A stretch of DNA of 64,000 bases, taken from the IMG/VR virus record IMGVR_UViG_2721756095_000004, positions 1-64,000 of that record; one strand, written 5' to 3'. This document shows, one piece after another, positions 26,821-36,769 of this stretch. The translations under genes were made by a program, and so were the position numbers. How positions within the stretch are numbered: the first letter of the stretch is position 1; the number at the start of each line of letters is the position of its first letter. The stretch comes from a virus (lineage: Duplodnaviria; Caudoviricetes). The notes beneath the pieces were generated by a model. That model saw only the letters and a program-made list of their open reading frames with translations, ran no database searches and was not told where the DNA came from.

Positions 26821-27858
26821 ATGAATCCAAGCAAGATACTCGTCCTGGCCTGCGCTGGTTTGCTCGCCATGGCATTAATACCGTTCGGTGCGATGGCTGC
26901 GCTGCCCCTGCCAATGCCTGACACGGACGTGGAAGTGATCGGCCTCCTTGGCCTCCTGGTAAACAAGGCAACCATCAGCAATGTTTTCATCAGTCTGAAA
27001 ACGACTTTCAACAATGCTTTTGGCGCCGCGCCGACCGTATGGCAGAAAATCGCCATGAAGGTGACATCGACCACGGGCCAGAACGATTACGCATGGCTTT
27101 CCAAGTTTCCCAAGATGCGTAAATGGATCGGGGACAAGGCCGTCAAGTCGCTGGAGGCGTTCAAATACACCGTCGTCAACGATGACTTCGAGGCAACCGT
27201 AGAAGTCGATCGCAACGATATCGAAGACGACAACCTTGGCATCTATGGTCCCCAGGCACAGATGGCTGGCGAGTCTGCCGCGCAGTTGCCGGATGAGATC
27301 GTGATGGATCTGGTGAACAACGGTTTCACCAACCTGTGCTTCGATGGCCAGTATTTTTTCGATACTGACCACGTTGTGGCCGGCGCCAGCGTATCCAATA
27401 AGGGCACTAAAGCACTTTCCATTGCCACCCTGGCATTGGCGCAAGCCAGCTACGGCGCTTACCGCACCGCGATGAAGAAATTCAAAGATGATGAAGGCCG
27501 CCCGCTTAACGTCAATCCGAATATTCTGCTAGTTGGCCCCTCTCTGGAAGATACCGCCAACGCATTGATGACGGTGGACCGCCTGGAAGACGGCAAGCCC
27601 AACCCGTACAAGGGCACCGCCACCGTTGTGGTTGACGCACGTATCACCTCGGACACCGCATGGTACCTGCTGGATACCACCAAGGCCGTCAAGCCCTTCA
27701 TCTACCAGGAGCGTAAGGCCCCGGTGTTTGTCGAGCAGACGGCCTCCGAATCCGACGACGTATTCAACCGCAAGAAATTCAAATTCGGGGCGGAAGCGCG
27801 GGCAGCCGGCGGCTACGGTTTCTGGCAACTGGCTTATGGTTCGGACGGTACCACCTAA
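26821..27858 (+). CDS. Major capsid protein (Mu gpT) with hydrophobic N-terminal extension
   Basis: Y.WL..FP.MR.W.G, FE.TV.V.RNDIEDD.LG.Y, CFDGQYFFDTDH, KPFIYQ.R, GYGFWQ.A. Confidence 0.93.
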   Translation: MNPSKILVLACAGLLAMALIPFGAMAALPLPMPDTDVEVIGLLGLLVNKATISNVFISLKTTFNNAFGAAPTVWQKIAMKVTSTTGQNDYAWLSKFPKMRKWIGDKAVKSLEAFKYTVVNDDFEATVEVDRNDIEDDNLGIYGPQAQMAGESAAQLPDEIVMDLVNNGFTNLCFDGQYFFDTDHVVAGASVSNKGTKALSIATLALAQASYGAYRTAMKKFKDDEGRPLNVNPNILLVGPSLEDTANALMTVDRLEDGKPNPYKGTATVVVDARITSDTAWYLLDTTKAVKPFIYQERKAPVFVEQTASESDDVFNRKKFKFGAEARAAGGYGFWQLAYGSDGTT

Positions 27859-27940
27859 GCCGGGTTAACCCAAGCGGATGCAAATGCAGGCGCCCCGTTA
27901 AATCGGGGCGTAACCCCCGATAGGATTAACGGAGATTGAT

Positions 27941-28303
27941 ATGGCAAAAAAACAGAAAGAAGTGAAGGAAAGCGAAGGCACGGCACCCGCTGAGGCCGCG
28001 CCTCTGAGCAACCAGGCACCGCAGAGCGAAGTCGTTTCTGAAACTGAACAGGCGCCGCAGACCGAAGCCGTTTCCGAAGCTGAACAGGCTCCGGAGACGA
28101 AAACCGCTATTGAAGCTGAACCGGACAATTCTGTGAAAGCGTTGATTGTTGTGGCAGCGCGAGGCGGGTTCCGGCGTGCGGGAATTCAGTTCGGCAAGGA
28201 ACCGGTCACTCTAAACCTGCATGATCTGACGCCCGAGCAAGTGGACCAGATCATCAACGAGCCGATGCTGACCGTTACCCCGATTGAGGGTGTCGCGGAA
28301 TAA
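27941..28303 (+). CDS. Mu gp35-like (HI1506-related) protein with 12-aa acidic repeats
   Basis: GFRRAG..F....EPML.V motif; EQAPQTEAVSE-type repeats. Confidence 0.7.
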   Translation: MAKKQKEVKESEGTAPAEAAPLSNQAPQSEVVSETEQAPQTEAVSEAEQAPETKTAIEAEPDNSVKALIVVAARGGFRRAGIQFGKEPVTLNLHDLTPEQVDQIINEPMLTVTPIEGVAE

Positions 28304-28806
28304 TGACCTACGCCACCGCCACAAATCTGCTTGACCAGTTCGGCGCCGAGGAAATCGCGCAGCGGGCCGATCGCGGCACGCCGCGCCTGGTGACGGAAGA
28401 CATGCTCAAGACCGCAGCTACCGGAGGAAGCTTGGCCGCTTACACGGCGGCCGAGCAGGCGGCAACGGTGGTGGCGCTGGCATTGGTCAACGCCAGGCTG
28501 CTCGATGCGGATAGCACGATCAATGGCTATCTCGCTACGCGCTACTCCGTACCTCTGATTACGGTGCCGCGCCTGGTAATGGTGGCGGCATGCGACCTTG
28601 CCCGCTATGCGCTATACGACGACGCTGCCACCGAGACTGTAACCGATCGTAATAAGAACGCGATCAAGCAGCTGGAAGCGATCGCAAAAGGCATGATCAG
28701 CCTGGGCGTCGATACGTCCGGCAACCGGCCAGCCGCCAACGATGCGGCACAAATATCATCCACCACTCCGGTATTTCGACGTGGCGATGCGGGAGGGTTT
28801 ATCTGA
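28303..28806 (+). CDS. Head-tail adaptor (Mu gp36/DUF1320)
   Basis: MTYAT, INGYL..RY..P, CDLARY.LY. Confidence 0.85.
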   Translation: MTYATATNLLDQFGAEEIAQRADRGTPRLVTEDMLKTAATGGSLAAYTAAEQAATVVALALVNARLLDADSTINGYLATRYSVPLITVPRLVMVAACDLARYALYDDAATETVTDRNKNAIKQLEAIAKGMISLGVDTSGNRPAANDAAQISSTTPVFRRGDAGGFI

Positions 28807-29312
28807 TGGCCGTGCCTGGTATCGCCATTCGTATGGAGCATAACGATGCGAAGATCCGCGCGAAGCTGCTTAACCTGCTCGCCTTCGGCCGCGACCAAAG
28901 CGATGCGATGCGCGACATTGCCATTCTGGGAGGAAGCAGCACGCGCGAGCGCTTCCGCACCGAAGTCGGACCGGACGGCAAACGCTGGAAGCCCAGCCTC
29001 CGCGTTCAGATCAGTGGGGGCAGGACGCTAACTCAGGACGGGCACCTGGGCGATTCCATCAATATCCGTTCCGGACGCGATTTCGCGGAATGGGGCGTTA
29101 ACCGCATTTATGCCGCCATCCACCAGTTCGGCGGCAAGATCAAACCCAAGAGCGCCGCATCGCTCCGTTTCAGGCTGGCTAACGGCGCATTTGTCAGCGC
29201 TAAATCGGTGACTATCCCAGCGCGGCCCTATCTGGGCATTGATGCTGGGGATGAGGCGGACATATTGGACATTTTGCAAAGCAGGATTCAGGGGTTTGTC
29301 AATGCTGGCTGA
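28806..29312 (+). CDS. Virion morphogenesis protein (Mu gpG family)
   Basis: GPDG..W, YAAIHQFGG, IPARPYLG. Confidence 0.88.
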   Translation: MAVPGIAIRMEHNDAKIRAKLLNLLAFGRDQSDAMRDIAILGGSSTRERFRTEVGPDGKRWKPSLRVQISGGRTLTQDGHLGDSINIRSGRDFAEWGVNRIYAAIHQFGGKIKPKSAASLRFRLANGAFVSAKSVTIPARPYLGIDAGDEADILDILQSRIQGFVNAG

Positions 29313-29907
29313 AGCCGAAAACGAGTTAATCATCCTGATCAAGGCTTCACCCCTTGGGGCCAAGCTGCGCGAGGTTGCAAGCCTGCCGGATCTGTCTGGG
29401 GAAAGCCTGGTGAAGAAATTCGGGATCGCTGCACCAGCGGTATATCTGGCTGCGGGATCTCTGCGGGTGTCGGACCGCTCGGCTCAGTTGCGCTTTGGCG
29501 CGGCATGTGTCGCGCGCAACAGCAGGGGACATGATGCCGCCCGCCAGGGCGATGGCGCCATTGGCCCGATTGGCCTGTATGAAATGCTGGAAACTGTCTC
29601 GGGCCTGCTTGACGGCGCGTCGGCAGGGAGCAGCAGCTGGAAAGTGACCGCCATCGATTTCATAACAGACGAAACGCTTTACAAGGCCGGCGTCTATGCC
29701 GGCGTGGTCCAGATCGAGACATACGGTACGGTCGACCTGCCCGCGCCGGTGGATGAGGCAACGCTGTCGCCATTTATCACGTTCCACAGCGATATAGACA
29801 TCCCGCCACATGAGGCTGGGGCCGAGCATGAGAAGTGGTTGCAGGAGCCGCCAGATCAAACGGCATCCAAGCCGGATGCGGAAGACCAGGTGGGGTTGGG
29901 TGAGTGA
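29302..29907 (+). CDS. Tail terminator-like protein (Mu gp37/DUF1834)
   Basis: PAVY, ARN.RG...AR.G motif; synteny. Confidence 0.7.
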   Translation: MLAEAENELIILIKASPLGAKLREVASLPDLSGESLVKKFGIAAPAVYLAAGSLRVSDRSAQLRFGAACVARNSRGHDAARQGDGAIGPIGLYEMLETVSGLLDGASAGSSSWKVTAIDFITDETLYKAGVYAGVVQIETYGTVDLPAPVDEATLSPFITFHSDIDIPPHEAGAEHEKWLQEPPDQTASKPDAEDQVGLGE

Positions 29908-30206
29908 TGGTTTACGTCGACGATATGAAAGCGTGGTTTGGCAGGATGATTATGTGCCACATGATTGCAGATACAGAAGCTGAACTGCATGAAATGGCGG
30001 GCAGAATCGGGATCGCGCATCGTTGGTATCAAGGCGATCACTATGACATTTCCTTGTCCAGGCGCGCCCTTGCGGTTGCTGCAGGGGCGGCTGAAATCAC
30101 GTTACGCCAGTGCGGTGTAATGGTTATGCGCCGCCGCGCCACAGGATCGCTTGGCCTGCCCGGCGACGCCTTCGAGTGGTTTAAAACCAGAAAATTGGAG
30201 AAATGA
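29907..30206 (+). CDS. DUF4031-like protein
   Basis: VYVDD...MCHMIADT..ELH..A..IG...WYQ.DHYDI. Confidence 0.8.
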   Translation: MVYVDDMKAWFGRMIMCHMIADTEAELHEMAGRIGIAHRWYQGDHYDISLSRRALAVAAGAAEITLRQCGVMVMRRRATGSLGLPGDAFEWFKTRKLEK

Positions 30207-30373
30207 TGCAAACCAGATTTATCAAGCCAGCACCAGGCTTGCTTGTGCGCATGCCAAACGGAAACGTTCTGCCGGCAGAAGGGGCTGAAGTTGAGATGAA
30301 CAGTTACTGGCTGCGTCGCCTGGAAGACGGCGACATTGATGTGGTCAGGACGGTAAAAGGCAAAAAAAGCTAA
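30203..30373 (+). CDS. Mu gp38-like protein (DUF2635)
   Basis: 56 aa, below the ORF-track cutoff: KPAPGL.VR.P...LP.EG.EV...YWLRRL.DGD; GGAG RBS. Confidence 0.8.
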   Translation: MMQTRFIKPAPGLLVRMPNGNVLPAEGAEVEMNSYWLRRLEDGDIDVVRTVKGKKS

Positions 30374-30436
30374 CTTGCGCAAAATCGCAAACTGAACGGA
30401 ATGCTTGACCAGACAGTTAACCAGGAGAAATAAGCT

Positions 30437-31909
30437 ATGCCAGAAAATGTAAGTTTTGCCGAGATACCGGTGGACATTCGCACACCCGGCCAGTACATCG
30501 AGATCGACAACAGCAAGGCGGTGCAGGGACTACCTACTCAGGATCGGAAGATCCTCATTCTCGGCCAGCGGCTGGCGGCCGGTACCGTTGCACAGAAAGT
30601 CCCCATGCGCGTACTCAATGCCGATCAGGCGGCCGGATACTTTGGCCGTGGATCTCTGCTGCACGGCATGATCGCGGCGGCCAAAGCTGCAAACCCTTAT
30701 ACCGACATGTGGGCGGTGGCGCTGGACGATGCTGGCGCCGGGGTGGCGGCAACCGGAACCATTACGGTGACTGGCACCCCGACCGAGGCTGGCACGATCA
30801 ATCTCTATATCGGCGGTGTCCGGCTGCAGGCGGGCGTTGCAGCCAATGATTCGGTGACGGTTGTGGCTGCCGCTATCGCGGCTGCGATCAATGCTGCAGC
30901 CGATCTTCCGGTGACGGCAACCTCCGCGCTTGGCGTGGCGACCATTACTGCCCGGCACAAGGGCGAGACCGGAAACGCCATCGATGTGCGTTTCAACTAT
31001 TACATGGGCGAGGCGACGCCGAAAGGCATCACCCTCGCGATCGCGGCGATGTCCGGCGGCACCGGCAATCCTGCCATGGCGGACGCGCTCTCCGCGATCG
31101 GCAGCGATCAGTATTACACCATTGCCACGCCCTGGACCGACTCGGCCAATATGGTGGCGCTGGAGTCCGAACTGGGTACTCGCTGGGGGCCAATGAGCCA
31201 GAAAACCGGCCACGCCTTTGCCGGGCTGTCGGGTACGCATGGCACGCTTACCACCTACGGCGCTGCACGCAACTCGCTGCACTCCACTGTGGTTGGTTCC
31301 GGCAAATCGCCGAGCGCACCGTGGATCTGGGCCTCGATACTGGCAGCCGTTTGCGAGTTCAACGGCGCGATAGATCCGGCCCGGCCTTTCCAGACGTTAT
31401 TGCTGCCCGGCTTGCTGCCGCCGAGCGAGAAAGAGCGCTTTACGCGCGACGAACGCAATCTGTTGCTGAAGGATGGCATCAGCACCTTCCTGGTCGATGC
31501 GGGCGGACGTGTTCTGATCGAGCGTGTCATCACGACTTATCAGACCAATTCTTTCGGCGTTGAGGATATCAGTTACCTGGACCTGGAAACCAAGTGGACG
31601 GTGGACTATATCCGCTATGCCGTGCGAGCCCGCATCGCACTCCGTTTTCCCCGCTACAAGCTGGCAAATGACGGCACCAACTTTGCTCCCGGCCAGGCAA
31701 TTGTCACACCGCGCGTGATACGGGCCGAGCTGCTCGGTTTATTCCGCGAGCTTGAGCAGTCCGGCCTGGTGGAAAACTTCGACCAGTTCAAAGCGGACTT
31801 GCTGGTGGTGCGTTCCAACAGCGATCCGAACAGGATCAACGCGGTCATTCCTCCGGATATCGTCAACCAGTTCCGCGTGTTTGCAGCTGCGGTTCAGTTC
31901 CGGCTGTAA
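30437..31909 (+). CDS. Tail sheath protein (Mu gpL)
   Basis: IP..IR.PG.Y.E.DNS.A, DPARP.QTL, ERN.LL..GIST. Confidence 0.93.
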   Translation: MPENVSFAEIPVDIRTPGQYIEIDNSKAVQGLPTQDRKILILGQRLAAGTVAQKVPMRVLNADQAAGYFGRGSLLHGMIAAAKAANPYTDMWAVALDDAGAGVAATGTITVTGTPTEAGTINLYIGGVRLQAGVAANDSVTVVAAAIAAAINAAADLPVTATSALGVATITARHKGETGNAIDVRFNYYMGEATPKGITLAIAAMSGGTGNPAMADALSAIGSDQYYTIATPWTDSANMVALESELGTRWGPMSQKTGHAFAGLSGTHGTLTTYGAARNSLHSTVVGSGKSPSAPWIWASILAAVCEFNGAIDPARPFQTLLLPGLLPPSEKERFTRDERNLLLKDGISTFLVDAGGRVLIERVITTYQTNSFGVEDISYLDLETKWTVDYIRYAVRARIALRFPRYKLANDGTNFAPGQAIVTPRVIRAELLGLFRELEQSGLVENFDQFKADLLVVRSNSDPNRINAVIPPDIVNQFRVFAAAVQFRL

Positions 31910-31952
31910 TAAAGAGCAGTTAAACCAGGACAACTTTTAACGGGAGAGTTAG

Positions 31953-32306
31953 ATGGCGAATCAAATTACCGGTCGAGTATTTGTCAGCATCAACGGCAAA
32001 CGCCTGGCATCCAAAGAGGGTGGGAAGCTCGGCTTTGGAACAGTCGAGCGAGAGGCAGTGCTGGGCGATAGCGGCGTGCTGGGCTACAGCGAAAAGTCGA
32101 CCGTACCATATGTCGAGTGCACCATCGCGCACAAGAGCGATACGTCGCTCAAAGAGTTGCAGGACACCACCGACGCATCCATTACGTTCGAGGCGGATAC
32201 CGGCAAAGTATACATGTTGCGTAATGCCTGGAATGCAAAAGCGATCGAGTTGGACAAAGGTGAGGTCGCATTGCGTTTCGAAGGCATGAGCGCGGAGGAA
32301 GCGTAA
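31953..32306 (+). CDS. Tail tube protein
   Basis: 117 aa after sheath; REAV.G..GV.GY.E. Confidence 0.85.
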   Translation: MANQITGRVFVSINGKRLASKEGGKLGFGTVEREAVLGDSGVLGYSEKSTVPYVECTIAHKSDTSLKELQDTTDASITFEADTGKVYMLRNAWNAKAIELDKGEVALRFEGMSAEEA

Positions 32307-32310
32307 ATCC

Positions 32311-32631
32311 ATGGAAACCACAGGCGGAAAATTCAAGCACGGCTTCAAGATCGGCGAGAAGGTCTACACCGATTTCGTGATGCGTGAAATAACGGTGCAG
32401 GATATGACCGATGCCGAGGTGGCGGCCACCCGGCAAGGCGGCGGCGTGCACACACCGATAACATTCAATGCGCATGTGATGGTGCGGCAACTGCAGGCTG
32501 TCTCCAACAAGGATGGCGAAGTCTACGAAGGGCCATTCACTTTCGCCATGCTGCAACGGCTGAAGCCCGCCGATTACTGGGAGCTGCGCAGGACGCAGCA
32601 GGAGTTGGATGAGCTGGGGGAAGCCGGGTAG
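32311..32631 (+). CDS. Tail assembly chaperone
   Basis: Between tube and tape measure; ends at a G-run. Confidence 0.8.
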   Translation: METTGGKFKHGFKIGEKVYTDFVMREITVQDMTDAEVAATRQGGGVHTPITFNAHVMVRQLQAVSNKDGEVYEGPFTFAMLQRLKPADYWELRRTQQELDELGEAG

Positions 32632-32768
32632 CGCAGCAAAAGGGAATGCTGGATAGCATTTTTTTGCTTGCGCTAAAAACCGGCTGGTCCTATCGGGAAA
32701 TCAAGGCTCTCCCAGTATTCGAATTTAATCATTTTCTATCGCATCTGACAAAAACCAAGAATGGCTAA
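32614..32768 (+). other. Programmed -1 frameshift extension of the tail chaperone (G-T type)
   Basis: CTG GGG GAA before the stop; the -1 frame is open to 32768 and encodes LALKTGWSYREIKALP, a GpE-like motif. Confidence 0.65.
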
Positions 32769-34500
32769 TCGCGATCTCACCCTGGCAATGAAACTGCATG
32801 CGGACGCAACCCGGTTTGTCACCGGGTTGACTTCGGCTGGAGGCGGGGTACGCAGATTCACGGGCGGGGTCAAGCGTGAGTTCGAAGCGCTGAAGGGCGC
32901 GCTGAGCAGTGTCGAGGGCAGACTGGCGTCGATTGGTGTGTCCGTTGGCACTGTGGCCACGATAATGCAATCGGCGCGCATGGACAAGAGCCTGACGCAA
33001 ATTGGCCAGACGGCAGGCGCAAGCCGGGCTGATGTGGCAGGGTTGCGCAGTGAGCTGTTCCGCATGTCCAGGGATACCGGGCAGGACGTGGATGATCTGC
33101 AGCAAGGGTTCAATAACGCGGTGCAGTCCGGGTTGCAATTCAAAGAGGCTCTGCCGGTGATCGATGCCACCAATAAGGCGGTCGCGGTAACCGGCGCAAA
33201 GGCGGACATTCTAACCGGTGCGCTGACTGTTGCGGCCACCGCGTTCGAATTCGACCTATCGAAACCAGAAATGGCGGTAACCCTACTCGATAAGATGACT
33301 GTGGCGGGTCGGCTGGGCAACGCAGAGCTGGAAAATCTCTCAAGTATATTCGGTCGGGTTGGCCCGAACGCGGCCGCGGCTGGTTTTGGGTTCGACCAGA
33401 CGCTGGCGTTTGTAGAAGGTTTATCGCAAATCGAGCGCCAACCGGAGCGCTTGGCCACGTTAGCGGATAGCACGATCCGCTTGTTTACTAACTTGCGCTA
33501 CATGAAGGATGCGCAGAAAGCGACCGGCGTGAAGTTCTTCGATGCCTCTGGTAGCCGTCGCGATGCGGTCACAGTGCTGAAAGATATCAAGGTTCAATAC
33601 GACAAGCTTGGTACAGAGCGGGATCGTGCGCTGTTTGTGCAGAAAGCGTTTGGACAGGCGGATCTCGACACCATCAAGGGCATGCGTGTGCTCCTATCCG
33701 GCGACATGCTGAACATGGTCAGTAACTTCTCAGGTGAGATTGCTGCCGCAGGTGGTGCGATCGGACGAGATCTGCCGGCGGCGATCAGCAACTCGGTCGA
33801 CCAGGTGGGGAGGCTCAAGGCTGCGTTGCGCCAGGCAGCGGATAGTTTCGTGCAGCCTATCAACGAGACGCTTTCCAGATCCGTCAAGCGCGCTATGGAC
33901 AGCAAGGCGGATGGCGGCATGGGGCTCGACGGCAAGGATATGATCCTCGGCGGCGGCGCGGCACTGCTCGCGACCTTAGGCTTGGCGCGCTACGGCGGAA
34001 AGGCGGTCGGTGCACTTGCCAAGCGGTTTGGCGGAACGGCTGCTGGCGTGGCCGAAGGCAAGGCGCTGGAAGCAGCTGCCGGCGTGACGCCAGTGTATGT
34101 GGTCAATATGCCAGAGGGAGGCGTAGCGGGGGCAGCCGGAAGCCTGCTTGGCGGAGTGACCGGTCTGGGCAGCTTGGCCGGAGGCGCGATGTTGGCCAAG
34201 GCAGGGCTTGCCGCTGCGGCAGTAGGTGCGGCCGGCTACGGGGTTTACAAGGTAGCCGAGGGCACCGCAATCGGTGACAGAATCGGCGCGACCTTCGATA
34301 AGGTAATGGCGTTCTTTGGTAGCCAGCAAGCTGAACAGGCGATCGCGCTTGAACAGAAGCTGCAATCCACTGATATCGGCGGCACGATCAATATCAAGAT
34401 TGACTCTGAAGGCCGTGCCGCCGTGATAAGCACATCTTCAAGTAACAAAAACGTGCGCTTCAATGTAGATGCCGGCATGACAATGGCGGGGGCGTACTAA
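32761..34500 (+). CDS. Tail tape measure protein
   Basis: Ala/Gly-rich helical 579 aa; AG..GN.EL..L, PVYVVN. Confidence 0.88.
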   Translation: MANRDLTLAMKLHADATRFVTGLTSAGGGVRRFTGGVKREFEALKGALSSVEGRLASIGVSVGTVATIMQSARMDKSLTQIGQTAGASRADVAGLRSELFRMSRDTGQDVDDLQQGFNNAVQSGLQFKEALPVIDATNKAVAVTGAKADILTGALTVAATAFEFDLSKPEMAVTLLDKMTVAGRLGNAELENLSSIFGRVGPNAAAAGFGFDQTLAFVEGLSQIERQPERLATLADSTIRLFTNLRYMKDAQKATGVKFFDASGSRRDAVTVLKDIKVQYDKLGTERDRALFVQKAFGQADLDTIKGMRVLLSGDMLNMVSNFSGEIAAAGGAIGRDLPAAISNSVDQVGRLKAALRQAADSFVQPINETLSRSVKRAMDSKADGGMGLDGKDMILGGGAALLATLGLARYGGKAVGALAKRFGGTAAGVAEGKALEAAAGVTPVYVVNMPEGGVAGAAGSLLGGVTGLGSLAGGAMLAKAGLAAAAVGAAGYGVYKVAEGTAIGDRIGATFDKVMAFFGSQQAEQAIALEQKLQSTDIGGTINIKIDSEGRAAVISTSSSNKNVRFNVDAGMTMAGAY

Positions 34501-35693
34501 TGGCCGGCTGGCGCGATCAGCTCCAGGCCGCGACCTTCCGAGGGGTGCCGTTTCATGTGCGCTCGGGTGACGGCACGATCGGGCGCCGCACGGTCTCGCA
34601 TGAGTATCCAGGGAAGGACGTCCCATACGTCGAGGATCTGGGTCGCCGCGCGCGTGAATTCACGCTGGAGGCATTTGTGCTGGGCGCGGATGTCATGCGC
34701 GATCGCGATGCGCTGATCGCCGCCCTTGAGGAGCCAGGCACCGGCGAGCTGGTGCATCCCTATAAGGGCCGCATGAAGGTGGCGGTACCGAACGGGCGCT
34801 GGTCGCAGTCTCTCGATCAAGGGGGCATTGTCCGCTTTTCGATCACGTTTCAGGAATCGAGGGACGTGGTGCAGCCGACGGTGCGCGCCGATACCCAGGC
34901 AGGTGTGGAGGTTGCCGCCGATAACGCCGAGAGTGCGGTGATTTCTGAGTTTGAGGAGGCGTTTACCGTCGACGGTCAGCCCGATTTTGTGAGTACTGCG
35001 GCGCTGGCCAACGTCGCAACGGCGTTGGATGAAATCAAGGCTTCAGCAAATGGCGTTCTGCAAAATTCCGCGACCATGCCCCAGTTTCTGCGCGATCTCG
35101 CCGCGATCAGCACTACCAGCGCCAGCCTGATACGGTTTCCAAATAGCCTGGCGGGAAGTCTGTTCTCGCAGGTGCGCAGCCTGCGCGCGATCGCGCTTTC
35201 GCCGGCAGCGGCGTTTCACTCTCTATCCGGGTTGTTTGACTTCGGGACTACTGGTTTTTCACCGCTCACCGGTACCACGGCCGCCTATCAGCAACGCGCT
35301 GCAAACCAGCAGGCCGTGATCAACCTTACCCGCAATGCGGCGCTGATCGAGGCATCCCGCGCCAGCAGCCAAACGGAGTTTGCCAGCTACGATGACGCGA
35401 TTGATGCCCGCGTTGTCTTGGCCGATCAGCTGGAAGCCGCCGCCGAGACCGCCCCGGACGCTACTTACGCTACCCTGATTGACCTGAGGGTGGCAGTGGT
35501 ACGCGATATCACCACCCGTGGCGCCGATCTGTCGCGCATTGTGCAATTCACGCCTAACACGACACTGCCTGCCCTGGTGGTGGCGCATCAGCTATATGGC
35601 GATGCTGAGCGGGAGACTGAGATCGTGGCGCGCAACCGCATCCGCCACCCTGGCTTTATTACCGGCGGACAGCCGCTTAAGGTGCTGACATGA
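34500..35693 (+). CDS. DNA circularization protein (Mu gpN)
   Basis: ATFRGVPF, HEYP..D...VEDLGR, G.LVHP, N.I.HPGF. Confidence 0.92.
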   Translation: MAGWRDQLQAATFRGVPFHVRSGDGTIGRRTVSHEYPGKDVPYVEDLGRRAREFTLEAFVLGADVMRDRDALIAALEEPGTGELVHPYKGRMKVAVPNGRWSQSLDQGGIVRFSITFQESRDVVQPTVRADTQAGVEVAADNAESAVISEFEEAFTVDGQPDFVSTAALANVATALDEIKASANGVLQNSATMPQFLRDLAAISTTSASLIRFPNSLAGSLFSQVRSLRAIALSPAAAFHSLSGLFDFGTTGFSPLTGTTAAYQQRAANQQAVINLTRNAALIEASRASSQTEFASYDDAIDARVVLADQLEAAAETAPDATYATLIDLRVAVVRDITTRGADLSRIVQFTPNTTLPALVVAHQLYGDAERETEIVARNRIRHPGFITGGQPLKVLT

Positions 35694-36769
35694 GCAAGGT
35701 TGAGCTCCGGGTTAATGGTGCTTTCTATGGCGGGTGGAAAACCATCCGCATCGAGCGCGGTATCGAGCAGATTGCCGGCACATTCGAGCTGAGCGTGACC
35801 GATCGCTGGGCGGAACAATCAGCGGTGCGGCAAATAAATCCAGGCCAACCATGCGAAGTGAGAATTGACGAAGCCGTGGTAATTACCGGTTACGTCGACA
35901 CAGTGGCGCCGCAATACGATAAGCAGCAGCACACCATTACTGTGAGCGGCCGTGACAAGACTGGAGATCTGGTTGACTGCTCAGCGATTCACAAGAGCGG
36001 ACAGTGGTCCGGCCGCAAGCTGGACCAGATCGCCGCCGATCTCTGCCAGCCGTTCGGGATTACGGTTTTTCGCAATACAGACGTCGGGAGTGCTTTCAAT
36101 CCCCCATTTTCAATAGAAGAAAGCGAGACGGTATTCAACTGCCTGGAGCGCGCTGCCCGGATGAAAGCAGTGCTGCTGGTATCCGACGGCCTGGGTAACC
36201 TGGTGCTTACTCGTGCCGGCTCCGGCGCTTCGGTGGCAGTGCTGACCGAAGGCGAAAATATTCTCGCCGGCAAGGGAGAATACTCGTGGATAGACCGGCA
36301 CAGCCGCTATGTCGTCAAGGGCCAAGGTGTGGGCACCGATGATTTTAACGGCCCGCAGGTCGCGCATCAGCAAGCTGAATCGATAGACTCAACAATTACC
36401 CGCTACCGGCCATTGACGGTGCTGGCCGAAGACCAGGGCACAGGTGCTACCCTTTCCCAGCGGGCGCAATGGGAGCGCAACGTGCGTATGGGACGCGGCA
36501 ATCGCGCCACGATTACCGTGCAAGGCTGGGCGCACGACGGCAATTTGTGGAAGCCGAACACAATGGTGCATTTGCGATCGCCCATGCTTTATGCAGACCA
36601 TGATTTGCTGATCGCCTCGGTGGTTTTTCTCCTTGATGAGCAGGGTACCCGCACGGAGCTGCAGCTCGTGCGCCGCGAAGCCTTTGACCTGGTAGCCGGA
36701 GTTAGCCTGACCGGCAAGCAGAATAAAGCCAAAAAGGCAAAAAGCGATGATTGGAGTATCGGGTTTTGA
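35690..36769 (+). CDS. Baseplate hub (Mu gpP)
   Basis: GRDKT.DLVDCS, RYRP, W.PN. Confidence 0.9.
   Translation: MSKVELRVNGAFYGGWKTIRIERGIEQIAGTFELSVTDRWAEQSAVRQINPGQPCEVRIDEAVVITGYVDTVAPQYDKQQHTITVSGRDKTGDLVDCSAIHKSGQWSGRKLDQIAADLCQPFGITVFRNTDVGSAFNPPFSIEESETVFNCLERAARMKAVLLVSDGLGNLVLTRAGSGASVAVLTEGENILAGKGEYSWIDRHSRYVVKGQGVGTDDFNGPQVAHQQAESIDSTITRYRPLTVLAEDQGTGATLSQRAQWERNVRMGRGNRATITVQGWAHDGNLWKPNTMVHLRSPMLYADHDLLIASVVFLLDEQGTRTELQLVRREAFDLVAGVSLTGKQNKAKKAKSDDWSIGF

Noticed and set aside
27890-27912. Hairpin after the capsid gene as a named ncRNA motif
   Set aside because: Only a simple CGCCCCG/CGGGGCG stem is visible; assignment would need a covariance-model search
28000-28105. 36-bp tandem repeats as a non-coding element
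   Set aside because: They are in-frame 12-aa repeats in a low-complexity protein linker
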